Source: the human T2T-CHM13v2.0 reference genome, Homo sapiens. From it: 64,000 nt of DNA. The DNA is taken from NCBI RefSeq assembly GCF_009914755.1, contig NC_060929.1. The stretch is one strand, 5' to 3'. The notes beneath the pieces are model-generated. The model did no database searches, was not told the origin of the DNA, and saw only the letters and a list, made by a program, of their open reading frames with translations. The position numbers and the translations under genes are program-made. Below are positions 29,150-40,066 of the stretch, in pieces (the first letter of the stretch is position 1; every line of letters begins with the position of its first letter).

Positions 29150-30040
29150 TCCCATTATTATTGTTTTAAATTTACTCTCATATTTACAATTTTCTGTGCT
29201 CTTTATTATTTCCTGAATGTCACATATTCATTCTGAGATCCCTTTTCTTATGTCTGAAGCATATACTTTAGAATTTATTTTACTATGAATGTGCTGAGTA
29301 CAAACTCAGTTTGTGTTTGTCTGCTCTTGCTATTGAAAGAAATTTTCACTGCTCATAAAATATTGGTTAGATAAACATTATCTTTTAGCACATTATCTTC
29401 AGTATGACGTCACTGTCTTCTGGTTTCCACTATTGCATATGCAAAGACAGCTGTCAATCTAACCATTTCACAATTAAAATGAATCTGTTCATTCTGACTG
29501 CTTCTAAGATTTCTGTTTTTGGGTGTTCCATACTTTCACAATGTATAAGGTGGGTATTTTTTCTTTGATTATCTTGCTTGAGGTTTTTGGGGCTTTCCAC
29601 ATTGGTTTTGTGATTCCATCAGTTCCATAAATTTTTGAATACTATACCTTCAAATAGTTTCATTGTCGTACTCTCTTTCTCTTCTACTTTTAGAAGTAAA
29701 ATTAGATGTATATTAAACCTTCTAACTTTGTTCTTTACATAACAACACCTTTTCTATTTTATATTTTGTATCTCTTTCTTGTCTTTCTTTAGATCTAACT
29801 TCTATTTTATTAATTTCTTACCTAATTTCTGTTAAAATTGTCCACTGAGTTCTAATTTCAATTATTTAGGTTTTCATTTCTAGATGTTTATTGTGTTATT
29901 TTTCAACAATTCTTTATTATTATTATTTCTTATTTGCTGCACAAATTTCAAGATTTCATTTTATATCATTAAACATAATAGTCATTTTAAAGTCTGAAGG
30001 TTTTTGAAATGTATATTACATATTTTACTATTTTCAACAG
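29150..30040 (-). mobile_element. Old L1ME fragment, antisense
   Basis: T-rich: 'ttgaaagaaattttcactgctcataaaatattggtt', 'cactgtcttctggtttccactattg'. Confidence 0.7.
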
Positions 30041-30502
30041 GCAAGGCTATTCAAGTATCTAGCCCACCATGTCATTAAACCAACATGAAAATGGAGGTAA
30101 TACTCCAAGCTCAGAATTGTTATGAGGATTAAGTAAGGCTATGTATGAAAACTCACAGTTTGGCACAGAATAAGCATGTGGTACATGTAAACAGTTTTTA
30201 CTATTCAAAATTTATAACAATTATTTTAAGTTGAATACGGGTTAGAGCATTAGAACTTTCCTTAAATCTTTAATGTAGCAATTATCAACCTCTGTTTTGA
30301 AAAATAGTTATAGAATGCACTGGGTTATTTATCCTTTTCTAAGAGTTACAACAAATGACATGACTTAGGGCAAAAACACACCAATGCAAAATATTACAGG
30401 CCATTGATGCATTTCTCTAATTATTCATATTGTAGGTCTTCAACTACAGTCCTTTTCTTTCTTCCTTTGTAAAATGCCCTGAAAATGTACACATTTGCTC
30501 TG

Positions 30503-30870
30503 TGTAGTAGTCAACTCAGGCTGCCGTAACAAAATACCATAAATTTCTTTAAATGAAAGAAATGTATTTTCTCACAGTTCTGGAGACTGGGAAGTCCTAG
30601 ATCAAAGTGTCAGCTAATTTGTTTCCTGATGAGCATTCTCCTCCTGGCTTGCATTTGGCGACCTTCTCACTATGTCTTCACATGGCAGAGAGTGAGGGAG
30701 AAAGAGGTCTTCCCCTTCACTTAAAGCCACAGCTTTATTAGATTAGGGCCCCACACTTAAGACCACATTTGAATAATTACCTCTTAGGGATCCCATCTCC
30801 TGATACAGTCACACTGGGGGATACGGTTCCTACACATAAATTTTGAGGGGAAACAATTCAGTCCAGAACA
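30503..30870 (-). mobile_element. MLT1A solo LTR
   Basis: 'caggctgccgtaacaaaataccat...ctcacagttctggagactgggaagtcc' to 'aattcagtccagaaca'; TSD ctctg/ccctg. Confidence 0.88.
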
Positions 30871-30978
30871 CCCTGCTTTTTTGTGCAAAGTATGAAGACT
30901 CCTAGAAATGTAAATTTAGGTCACTCACACTGTAATATATTCATTCACAATCTATTAATCTGTAAGATAGTAAGTATC

Positions 30979-31352
30979 TGATATGGTTTGGCTGTGTCCC
31001 CACCCAAATCTCATCTTGAATTGTAGTTCCCATAATCCCTACATGTTGTGGGAAGGACCCAGTGGGAAGTAGTTAGATTATGGAGGTAGTTACCCCCATG
31101 CTGTTCTCATGATAGTGAGTGAGTTCTCATGAGATCTGATGGTTTTTCAAGGGGCTTTCCCCACTTTGCTCAGCACTTCTCTCTCCTACTGACACCACCA
31201 TGTGAAGAAGGACGTGTATGCATCCTTTTCCACCATAAGTTTCCTGTGGCCTCCTCAGCCATCTGGAATTGTGAATCAATTAAACCTCCTGCCTTTATAA
31301 ATTACCCTGTCTCAGGCAGTTCTTTATAGCAGCATGAGAACAGACTAATAGA
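30979..31352 (+). mobile_element. THE1 (C-like) solo LTR
   Basis: 'tgatatggtttggctgtgtccccacccaaatctcatc' to 'gactaataga'; perfect TSD gtatc. Confidence 0.93.
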
Positions 31353-31500
31353 GTATCATTGAATTTTACCAGTTTAACACACTAACTATTGCAGATGTTT
31401 ATCTTTAAATCACTAAATTATATATTCCATATATCTTAGCTCACTATTCAAGAACTCCTTTTTTGGGTCATTGTGTCAGTGATATCTGGTCATGAGTTCC

Positions 31501-32061
31501 TGTCATGGTTAATATTGAATGTCAACTTGATTGGACTGAAGGATGCAAAGTACTGTTCCTGGGTGTTTTTGTGTGGGTGTTGCCAAAAGAGATTAACATT
31601 TGAATCAGTGGGCTAGGAGAGGCAGACCAACCCGCAATCTTTCTGGGCACCATCTAATCAGCTGCCAGCATGGCAAGGATAAAAGCAGGAAGAGGAAGTT
31701 GGAAGGACTAGACGGGCTAAGTCTTCCAGCCCTCATCTTTCTCCAGTGCTGGATGCTTCCTGCCCTTGAACATTGGACTCCAAGTTCTTCAGCTTTAGGA
31801 CTCCTGGACTTACACCAGAGGTTTGCCAGGGGCTCTCAGGCCTACAGCCACAGACTGAAGGGCCCACTGTCAACTTCCCTACTTTTGAGGTTTTGGAACT
31901 GGAACTAGCTTCCTTGTTCCTCAGCTTGCAGATGGTAAGGACTGAAGTTGGACTTCACCTTGTGATCATTTGAGTCAATTCTCCTTAATAAACTGCTTTT
32001 CATATATACATCTCTCTCTCTCCTATTATCCCTGTCCCTCTACAGAACTCTGGCTAATACA
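31501..32061 (+). mobile_element. MLT2A (A2-like) HERV-L solo LTR
   Basis: 'tgtcatggttaatattgaatgtcaacttgattgg...gaaggatgcaaagta' to 'ctaataca'; TSD gttcc/gttct. Confidence 0.9.
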
Positions 32062-32557
32062 GTTCTTGGGTGAAGATACAGAGAAAAGAACTAAAAAAAT
32101 GGAAATGTAAATACTGATAGAAAAAGAAAGCCATCCTTGAGAGAAACAGAAAGTCAATACACCATATAGAAAAATGAGTTTTTAAGAAGATTTAAAATTA
32201 AGCTATTTAATTTGTGGAATATATAATAGCAGAAACTCATAAAAATGTGACTAATGCATTATCAGAAAAATGAGACAGCTATTCCAGAGATATTTTATAA
32301 CTGAAGGTGTATATGATAGCATAATTCATTTTGAGGCAGGCTGTTCTAATAGACTCTATGTAACCTTTGGACTTGGATATACATGAGTTTGTACCTTGGA
32401 CCTGACATAAAATTTAACGGTCGAATATTGGCTATCCTACTCATCATCTTTTGTCTAAAACACTGCAACCCCTGGAAATACTAATATCTAAGTCGACTTG
32501 CTGAATGAATAAAATTAAGTAAGAAAAAACAGAAGCATGTATATAACTGGTGCTTTC

Positions 32558-32938
32558 ATATATATATATTATATATAATATAATATATATATAATATATT
32601 ATATATAATATAAAATATATATAATATATTATATATAATATAAAATATATATAATATATTATATATAATATAAAATATATATAATATATTATATATAATA
32701 TAAAATATATATAATATATTATATATAATATAAAATATATATAATATATTATATATAATATAAAATATATATATTATATATATAAAATATATAATATATA
32801 TAATAATTATTTATAATAATATATTATATATAGGTTTTATTCAGTTTTAGTTTTCTTATCTATAAAATGTGATATTATATATATTAAATATATAATTATA
32901 TATAATAATTATATATAATAATATATTATATATATATA
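32558..32938. repeat. AT-only minisatellite with a 30-bp unit
   Basis: taaaatatatataatatattatatataata, five perfect copies at 32611-32760 plus degenerate flanks. Confidence 0.95.
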
Positions 32939-33139
32939 GGTTTTATTCAGTTTTAGTTTTCTTATCTATAAAATGTGATAATCTCCCTGGTTTGTTTTCC
33001 TGAATAAATAAAATTATTTATATAAGGTATTTAGTTCAATGGCTGGCACAAAGTAAATACACAAGAGTTATATTTTTTCTTTCTTTTCTCTTTCTTATTT
33101 TTTCTCATTTATGCTAGTTAATTGAAATTAATCATCAAT

Positions 33140-33520
33140 AAAAATATGACAGAAAGAAAAGAGGGCCAAAGACAAAACACTGGGAAAATCTTACACTAAA
33201 ATTTGAAAAACCTGAGAGAAACCAGCAAAATATTTAAAGTAGTCACAAACGCAGGAGGAGAAAATCAGTTGGGCAGAATGTTCAGGATGTTGAAGGTACA
33301 CAGACATTATAAATAAGAATCAGACAACAATATTAAAGTCAAAAGAGGAATAAGAATTTTAGAGTGCTAAGAAAAGGATATTGATTTTGCAATTTGAAAC
33401 TTGCTGGTTTCTTTGAAGAACAGTTTTAACAGAATAGGAGGAGAGGAAATCACATTGTGTGGAATGGTTGAAAATGTGGGAAGTGTGTTATGGTGATAAA
33501 AGAATGAAGAGAGAGTGTGA
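33140..33520 (-). mobile_element. Degenerate L2
   Basis: Purine-rich: 'gagggccaaagacaaaacactggg', 'ctttgaagaacagttttaacagaatagg'. Confidence 0.55.
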
Positions 33521-34218
33521 TTGTCTGCAGGAAACCAAGACCAAATGGGTTATTTTCCTCCCCTTAAGAAAAAATATTTTACGTATTTATGAAATGTAGT
33601 TAGGGAAAATGGTTAATTTAAGAGTGAGAAAAGTAAGACAGGAAGGGAGGGGTCAAAGGCGTAGGTGAAGACAGTCATTTAGCAAAGAAAGCACATTCCT
33701 TCCTTCTGAACAGGCAGAAATGAAGGAGGAAGAACTGACAGAATGAGACGGTAGAGTTTTAAAGGGTTAAGGGTGTTGCATAGGAAGATATTTTGACAAG
33801 GAAGAGATAGACTATGAAAGTGGACCCTGGATGACTGGTTTTTCTCAATGAATAGGAGGTGAGTTTCTCTCCAGGAGAGTCAAAGAACACTGTTTTCTGC
33901 TGTGGAAGCTCACGGAAAAGTACCAAACAATATGTAACTGTTCCTGAATTTTCAGAACTTGGGATAGTGGTGCATATTTAGTGCTTAAAAATCACTGCTG
34001 AGTTGAAACGCACACTTCAATCTTGAGGAGAATGGAAATGGTTTGGAAGAGCCAACATAAGAAAGCAAAAAGAAAAAAGAAAGAATTAACACACACACAA
34101 TTGAACAGTTTTGGTGACAGCTCAATTGAAGTTAGAGAACATAAATTTGAAGTAGACCTAGCCTTGGAAGATAACTCCTATTTTAAATCCTAAGGGAAGC
34201 CAGGTAATGAAATCCATT

Positions 34219-34410
34219 AAGAATACACTACCCAGTTGAAAGTTGAAAAGGAGATTAGGGAAGACAAATGTAATTACCCGACTTGTAATTTGGTCAAGAC
34301 ACCAAGGTTAATAACATTCTTCGTTTTTCAAAAGTTGCCATGAACTTTTTAATACCTTATAATGGCCAGTGTCACAATTTTTATTCCTTATACAAGAGAT
34401 GAACTCTTCA
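34219..34410 (-). mobile_element. AmnSINE1 (DeuSINE) central-domain relic
   Basis: 'aatgtaattacccgacttgtaatttggtcaagacaccaaggttaa...aaaagttgccatgaactttttaat' is colinear with the recalled antisense Deu-domain 'aatgtaattacccgagttggaatttggccaggacaccggggttaa...aaaagtgccatgggatctttaat'. Confidence 0.75.
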
Positions 34411-35714
34411 ATATGCATTTTTAAATGTTAAGCATGTATGTACGGATATGTATTCCCCATTACACATGCACATACATTTGCACATATATAAATATTAGAA
34501 AATGAATTTTTTTAACTAAGTAAAATGCTTAGATGGAAAATAGTTGGCTTTTTCCATTGCAAATCTGTTGAGGAGTTTTGAGTAAAACTAAACGCTTTTA
34601 TGACAGTTAAAAGTGGAGATTAATGTTTAGGCCACAACATTATTTAGGGGTTAAGAGTCTGGTCATCAGAGAGACTTCAGTTCAAGCCAGACTGACATAG
34701 ACCAGTTACATATCCTCTTTAAATTCATCTTACTTCTTTACAATAAAGAAATAAACTATATTATATCATAGAAACTTTGAAGGAAAGGTAAAGCATATAG
34801 AATGTTTAACATAAATATATTATCAATAAATATTAATTATATAACCTATTAATAATATTTAGTTGGTGCTTCTTTGATCTCAAGTATTGATATATGAACC
34901 AGTAATTATAGAAAGTAAAGTTCAGAAAATGTCATCACTCTTTGGTAATGTCAGAATATGGAACAACCAGCTACCTTATATATTTATTATGCTAAACTCT
35001 TCTGGTATACATGTATCTTTCTTGGTATAAATGTTGACCTATTTGCATTTGTATAATAATGATCCATTTTATTAAAGGATCCTACCATTTGTTTAATTTT
35101 GAAGACAATGTTGAAGTGGTATTAAGCATTAAAACTACATAAATAGTACAGTGATTCTTCAATATCTCTTCAGAAATTATCTTCTCTCTTGAGTAAAGCA
35201 TATTTGTGTTTGGCAAATTCCATATTCCTAAAAATATGAGAAAGCTTTAAATAACTAAACAAAATCAAATTTCTGAAATCAGGAGAAAAACAAAAAAATA
35301 TATATAGAGAGAGAGAGCATGTTACTGGCATTAAGGAACAAAAGCAAAACTCACTTTTTTATACATTGAGGAACATTGATTTGACTAGGAAAAGGCAATA
35401 AAATGATAAACTCAATACTCTTCATGCAATCCACATTGTAAAAGTACTTGAATAAATGTCATGATTAATTTTACTAGTATAGTTATTATCATTAGCTATC
35501 ATTTATTATAATAATAAATTATTTTATTCTTTAATCATATGTGACAACTAGTTTCAATATTAAAGAAAACTAACTTTCCAGCATTGTTTAAGAAAATATA
35601 CTGGATGACATAGCTATAAACAATATTATACAAACAACTTAGTGTTGCCATTACCCTTTCCTCTTAAAATGCCTTTAAAAGAAGAGTGAGAGGAACTGTT
35701 TAAGAAATGAACAA

Positions 35715-35921
35715 TGTGGACACAGGGAGGGGAACATCACACACCAGGGCCTGTTGGGGGTGGGGGGCCAGGGGAGGGATAGTGTTAGAATAAATACCTA
35801 ATATAAATGATGAGTTGATGGGTGCAGCAAACCAATATGGCACATGTATACCTATGTAACAAACCTGCACGTTGTGCACATGTACCCTACAACTTAAAGT
35901 ATACCAAAAAAAAAAAAAAGA
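35715..35921 (+). mobile_element. Very short 5'-truncated L1PA (about PA6-7) 3'UTR
   Basis: G-rich L1 3'UTR plus polyA; TSD aagaaat(g/t)aacaa at 35702-35714 and 35922-35934. Confidence 0.9.
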
Positions 35922-35934
35922 AAGAAATTAACAA

Positions 35935-36210
35935 GGCAGGGCACAGTGGCTCATTTCTGTAATTCCAGTACTTTGGGAGGCCTAGGTGGGAGGATCACTT
36001 GAGCCTAGAAGTTTGAAATCATCCATAGCAAGATCTGGTCTCTCTATAAAAAAAAAAAATTAGCTGGGCATGGTGGTGTGCCCTTGTAGTACCAGCTACT
36101 CTAGAGGCTGAGGTGGGAGGATCCCTTGAGCCCAGGAGTTTGAGGCTGCAGTGAGGTATGTTCCTACCATTGCACTACAGCCTGGAAGACAGAGAGAGAT
36201 CCTGTCTTGA
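35935..36210 (+). mobile_element. AluJ, followed by a GGAA/GGGA purine tract to ~36300
   Basis: 'gggaggatcacttgagcc' and 'gagcccaggagtttgaggctgcagtgag' are J-type; CpGs decayed. Confidence 0.9.
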
Positions 36211-36329
36211 AAGCAAGCAAGGAAGGAAGGAAGGAGGGAAGGGGGAAGGAGGGAGATTGGAGGGAGGGAGGAATGGAGGGAGGGAGGGAGGAGAAAAAAA
36301 GAACATAATATATGTCTTTATCAAGCTAC

Positions 36330-36890
36330 AGTTCATATCCAAATATTTTAATCACAACCCTTTTATTCAAACTAGCTTAAGCAAAAATGCATTTGATTAG
36401 CCTCAGTAAATAGGAATTCTGGGGCATGGAGCTATTATCTTAAAGATTATTAAATCTCTCTCTTTCATACACATGCTTAGCACTCTTTATTTTCAGTGCA
36501 GTTTATCTCTGTGTTGATATCTTTCCCACTTGTTGAAGAAAATGGCTGAACATAGTTTCAGACTTTCATCAAGTCAGCTTAAGAACTACTGAATAAAGAG
36601 AGAAAGTGCTTTTCCCAGTGCCTTTACATAAAATCCTGGACATCTATTTGCCTTGGGCTTTGTGTCCATTTGTGAACTAATCACTATGACCAGGATAATG
36701 GAGCTTTGATTGCACAGGTATGGGTCAAATGCCCAGCTATACGTTGGCAGGAACTGGAAAACTACGTATGATTCGTAACCATATAAACCAGAAACCTATT
36801 GAACAGAGAAGAGATTGTCCCTAAAGCAAATGGAATCATGTTGTCAGAAGAATGGAAGGAAGAATATTATGTAGATAAAATTGGCAGCTA
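36330..36890 (-). mobile_element. Old MLT1 (J/K-like) LTR
   Basis: 'caaactagcttaagcaaaaa', 'tgaactaatcactatgaccagg...tgattgcacaggtatgggtcaaatgccc'. Confidence 0.6.
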
Positions 36891-37184
36891 CATTAATTTT
36901 GTGATAGGTTTCCATTAAATTAATAAAGACAAAGTGGAATTACAGAAAACATTACACAAAAATAAATACATTTTGCACAATATGTTATGCACTGTGATGA
37001 AGACCCTGTGTTAGCTTTGTATAGGACTTTTTTCAAATCACTGACACTCTCTGTAATTTAGTGTCTTCAATTATAAAACTAGGAAGCTCAACTTTCAACT
37101 TACCTTCACTAGATTCAAAACATTATAGCTTTTAGGTAAGTCCAAAGGTATGTTTCCTGGATATTCTCAATTTAAAGGGAAGTG

Positions 37185-37420
37185 GTAGAGGTGGGTATAT
37201 AATAGGCTTTCGGGTCACATGTATCTATGCCTTAGATCTGTCATTTACTAGATGTTTAAACTTGTACAAAGAAGCAGTTTCTTCTTTTATATAATGGCGG
37301 TAGAGAGATAGCTATATCACCTACATCATAAAGGTGGTTGTGATGAATACTTGAGATAATCACAGTGTCTGTCATGTAAACACCATTTAATAAATGTCAG
37401 ATTTTTTTTGTAATTACTGC
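37185..37420 (+). mobile_element. MIR
   Basis: 'tctgtcatttactagatg...cctacatcataaaggtggttgtgatgaatacttgagataat'. Confidence 0.7.
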
Positions 37421-39474
37421 TATTATTTGTTGTTTCTATGCCTTTCAGAAAAGATTTTACATATTCCTCATTCACTACATGTCTAAATACTCAACATTTT
37501 TTGAATATAAAAATATTTTAAAAATTATTCTTCAACCAATTTATGAATTCAGTTGGTGATAAATCAAAAGTGAAGTGTTTTTTAAAATAACCTGCAACAA
37601 CATCAGGAAGTTATAAAAAGCTCAAGTTCAATTCCTTCTAGAGTATTTGGAATAACATGTTTTCTGTTCAGACTAATTATGGGGTCACAGAAAGCAAGAA
37701 TGCTACCACTTACTTCTCTTCTTTCTCTTGCCCCAGTAAATGGGAAGGGAGGGAAAGTGGAGCAGTCATTATGGACATCTCTCCATAGAATGATGTCATT
37801 AAAAAAATTCTCATCAGAAAATGACACTTAACTGACATGAAAAGTTAAATACTGTTTTACGTTAAGTGGCCATCACCAGCATTTTCAAGAGCTAATGAAA
37901 GGAAAGTACATTTCTTTTTTAAAAGCACTTGTTGAACACTATAAATTCAAAATGACCTTTATGTAATTGCAGAAAGAGGGATGGAGAATCTTCTGTGATT
38001 TGTATTATATCTTCTAATGTAAAGTTTTGACTATTTTATGAGGGACCAGCATGAGATGAATAGCATCGAATTCAAAGAAGCAGCAGGAAAAAAAGTGAAA
38101 GAATGAATGGATGCCAGACACATTGCCTATTTTTTCAGTTATTAGTGGGTAGGATTGATAGCTCCCATCGAAGCCTCACTTTCTTTTTATTTTTAATATA
38201 CATATTTATCTGTAAATATATTAAGTCAATACACATATACATTTACAGATACACCATATACATATTTTGACTGAATACCTAATGGCTACTTCGAAATTAT
38301 GTTGAAATTAAGATTGATCCAAAACAAAGACTGAAGCCAAATATCTCTATGTACAGAACAAACTGAATGAACTCTGTGATGTAAGAGTCCATCTAAAATG
38401 AAAGTAATGAAAACAAGGAACTGTAGCCAATTCAAAAGGCCTAAACATATAGTGACTATGCACAGGAAAATAGGAAAACTTATTTTATATTTGTGACAGT
38501 GTAACTTATTATCAACACTTTGGATGATGGGTAATATCCAGTGAATGTCCCCTGAGCCCATAATTCCATGTCTCCACATGAACTCTGAGGAATACCTGGG
38601 TTTGTGCATAGATAGTGTGTGTAAGTATGCTCACCACAGCAATGTTTGCAGCAAACAACCAGAAAAAGCAAGCCATAAATATCTATAAGATAAATGGATT
38701 TTCAGCTCTTAAACACATTGGTAAACCTCAGAAATATTTAATTAAGTAAAAAAAGCAGATAAAAATTACATGATCATATTTACATGTATTTTATGAAAGA
38801 CATAGATATGTAGTTAAAAATTAAAAAAAAAAATAGTTGCCTCCAGAGTGGAAAGAGACTAATAATGACACTGAGGAGAGAATTGAGAATTCAACATTTT
38901 AAATAATCATTACAAAAAATTTTGAAATAGAGTAATGACACCGTAGTGGGTAAACATGTGAAGGCTATATTATCCTGCTTATTTTCTGTATGTTTTAAAC
39001 CTTTAAATTAAATTCAAGGAACATTTACTAAATTTACCTCTCTAGTGTTCTATTACAAAATTAATGTGAATATAAATGATTCTCTAATAATCACTACTTC
39101 TACTATTGGCATATTTTGGAGTCTTCAAGTTAAATGAAGAAAGATAAATAGCAATGATAAAACAAAGGATGCTGTTGTTTCTTTCTATCAAGGTTAAGAA
39201 AAAATGTAAATTTAAAAATAAAGCTACCCTTCTTGTGATTTATAAGACTAAATTGAGCCCAAGTCTGTGTCTGTGTATGTGTGATTAAGGGAAAAATAGG
39301 AATTGAAGATGTAGAAGCTGCAAGTGAGTGAAGTGACTTTAAATCTTTTGATTACTGAAACCACTGATCTTTAAATATTAAAACACTTTTAGATAACAAA
39401 GACTGCATTGCACCTTTTTTGTATTTTTCAAAAGAACACTGAGCCTATTGAAAGTTGTTTAAAGTTTTATTTCC

Positions 39475-39631
39475 TTTTTTTTTTTTTTTTTTTTTTTTTT
39501 TTGAGACAAGGTCTCACTCGCTCACCCAGGCTGACGTGCACTGGCACAATCACAGCTCATTGCAGTGCTGACCTCCCCCCTTCAGCCTCCTCAGTAACTG
39601 GGATTACAGGTGTGAGCCACCACACCTAGGC
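39475..39631 (-). mobile_element. Monomeric Alu (FLAM/FRAM-like or deleted AluJ)
   Basis: PolyT plus 'gagacaaggtctcactc...gggattacaggtgtgagccaccacacc'; single arm only. Confidence 0.8.
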
Positions 39632-40066
39632 AACAATTTTCTTAATTATACTAACTTACTGATGTTGAGGTGCTTCATAAACATTTCATTTCACATGTTG
39701 AGATTTATCTTTGTCATTAAGCTATGCACATTTGATGTGATAACTCTCCAGCTCTATGCATTACATAGCTAGCAAGTTGGATAAATATAAGGGCCAGAGT
39801 AGCTTGGGATTCCTACATATTCCTGTAAAGAATGTTGTTTTTTATATTTTATGTATAATTCAAAAGAAAACCTAAAGCTTCACAAGTTCTTAATTTTTTT
39901 CTTAAGTGTGTTATGTTACAAAATTTTTCACGTTCTGTCACTAATTTGAAAATATCCAGAAATTATAAAATGTAATCTTGAATATTGTTTTCTATCAAAT
40001 ATTGAATAAACAAATATATTCCACATAAATTTAGCTATCCTTAGTAATAGTAGTTCTTTATATTCC

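Noticed and set aside
32581-32760. 30-bp periodic array considered as CRISPR-like
   Set aside because: No unique spacers, AT-only head-to-tail repeats, eukaryotic context.
36218-36240. GGAA repeats as an EWS-FLI1-type enhancer
   Set aside because: Only about 3-4 consecutive GGAA units; this is an Alu-tail-derived purine tract.
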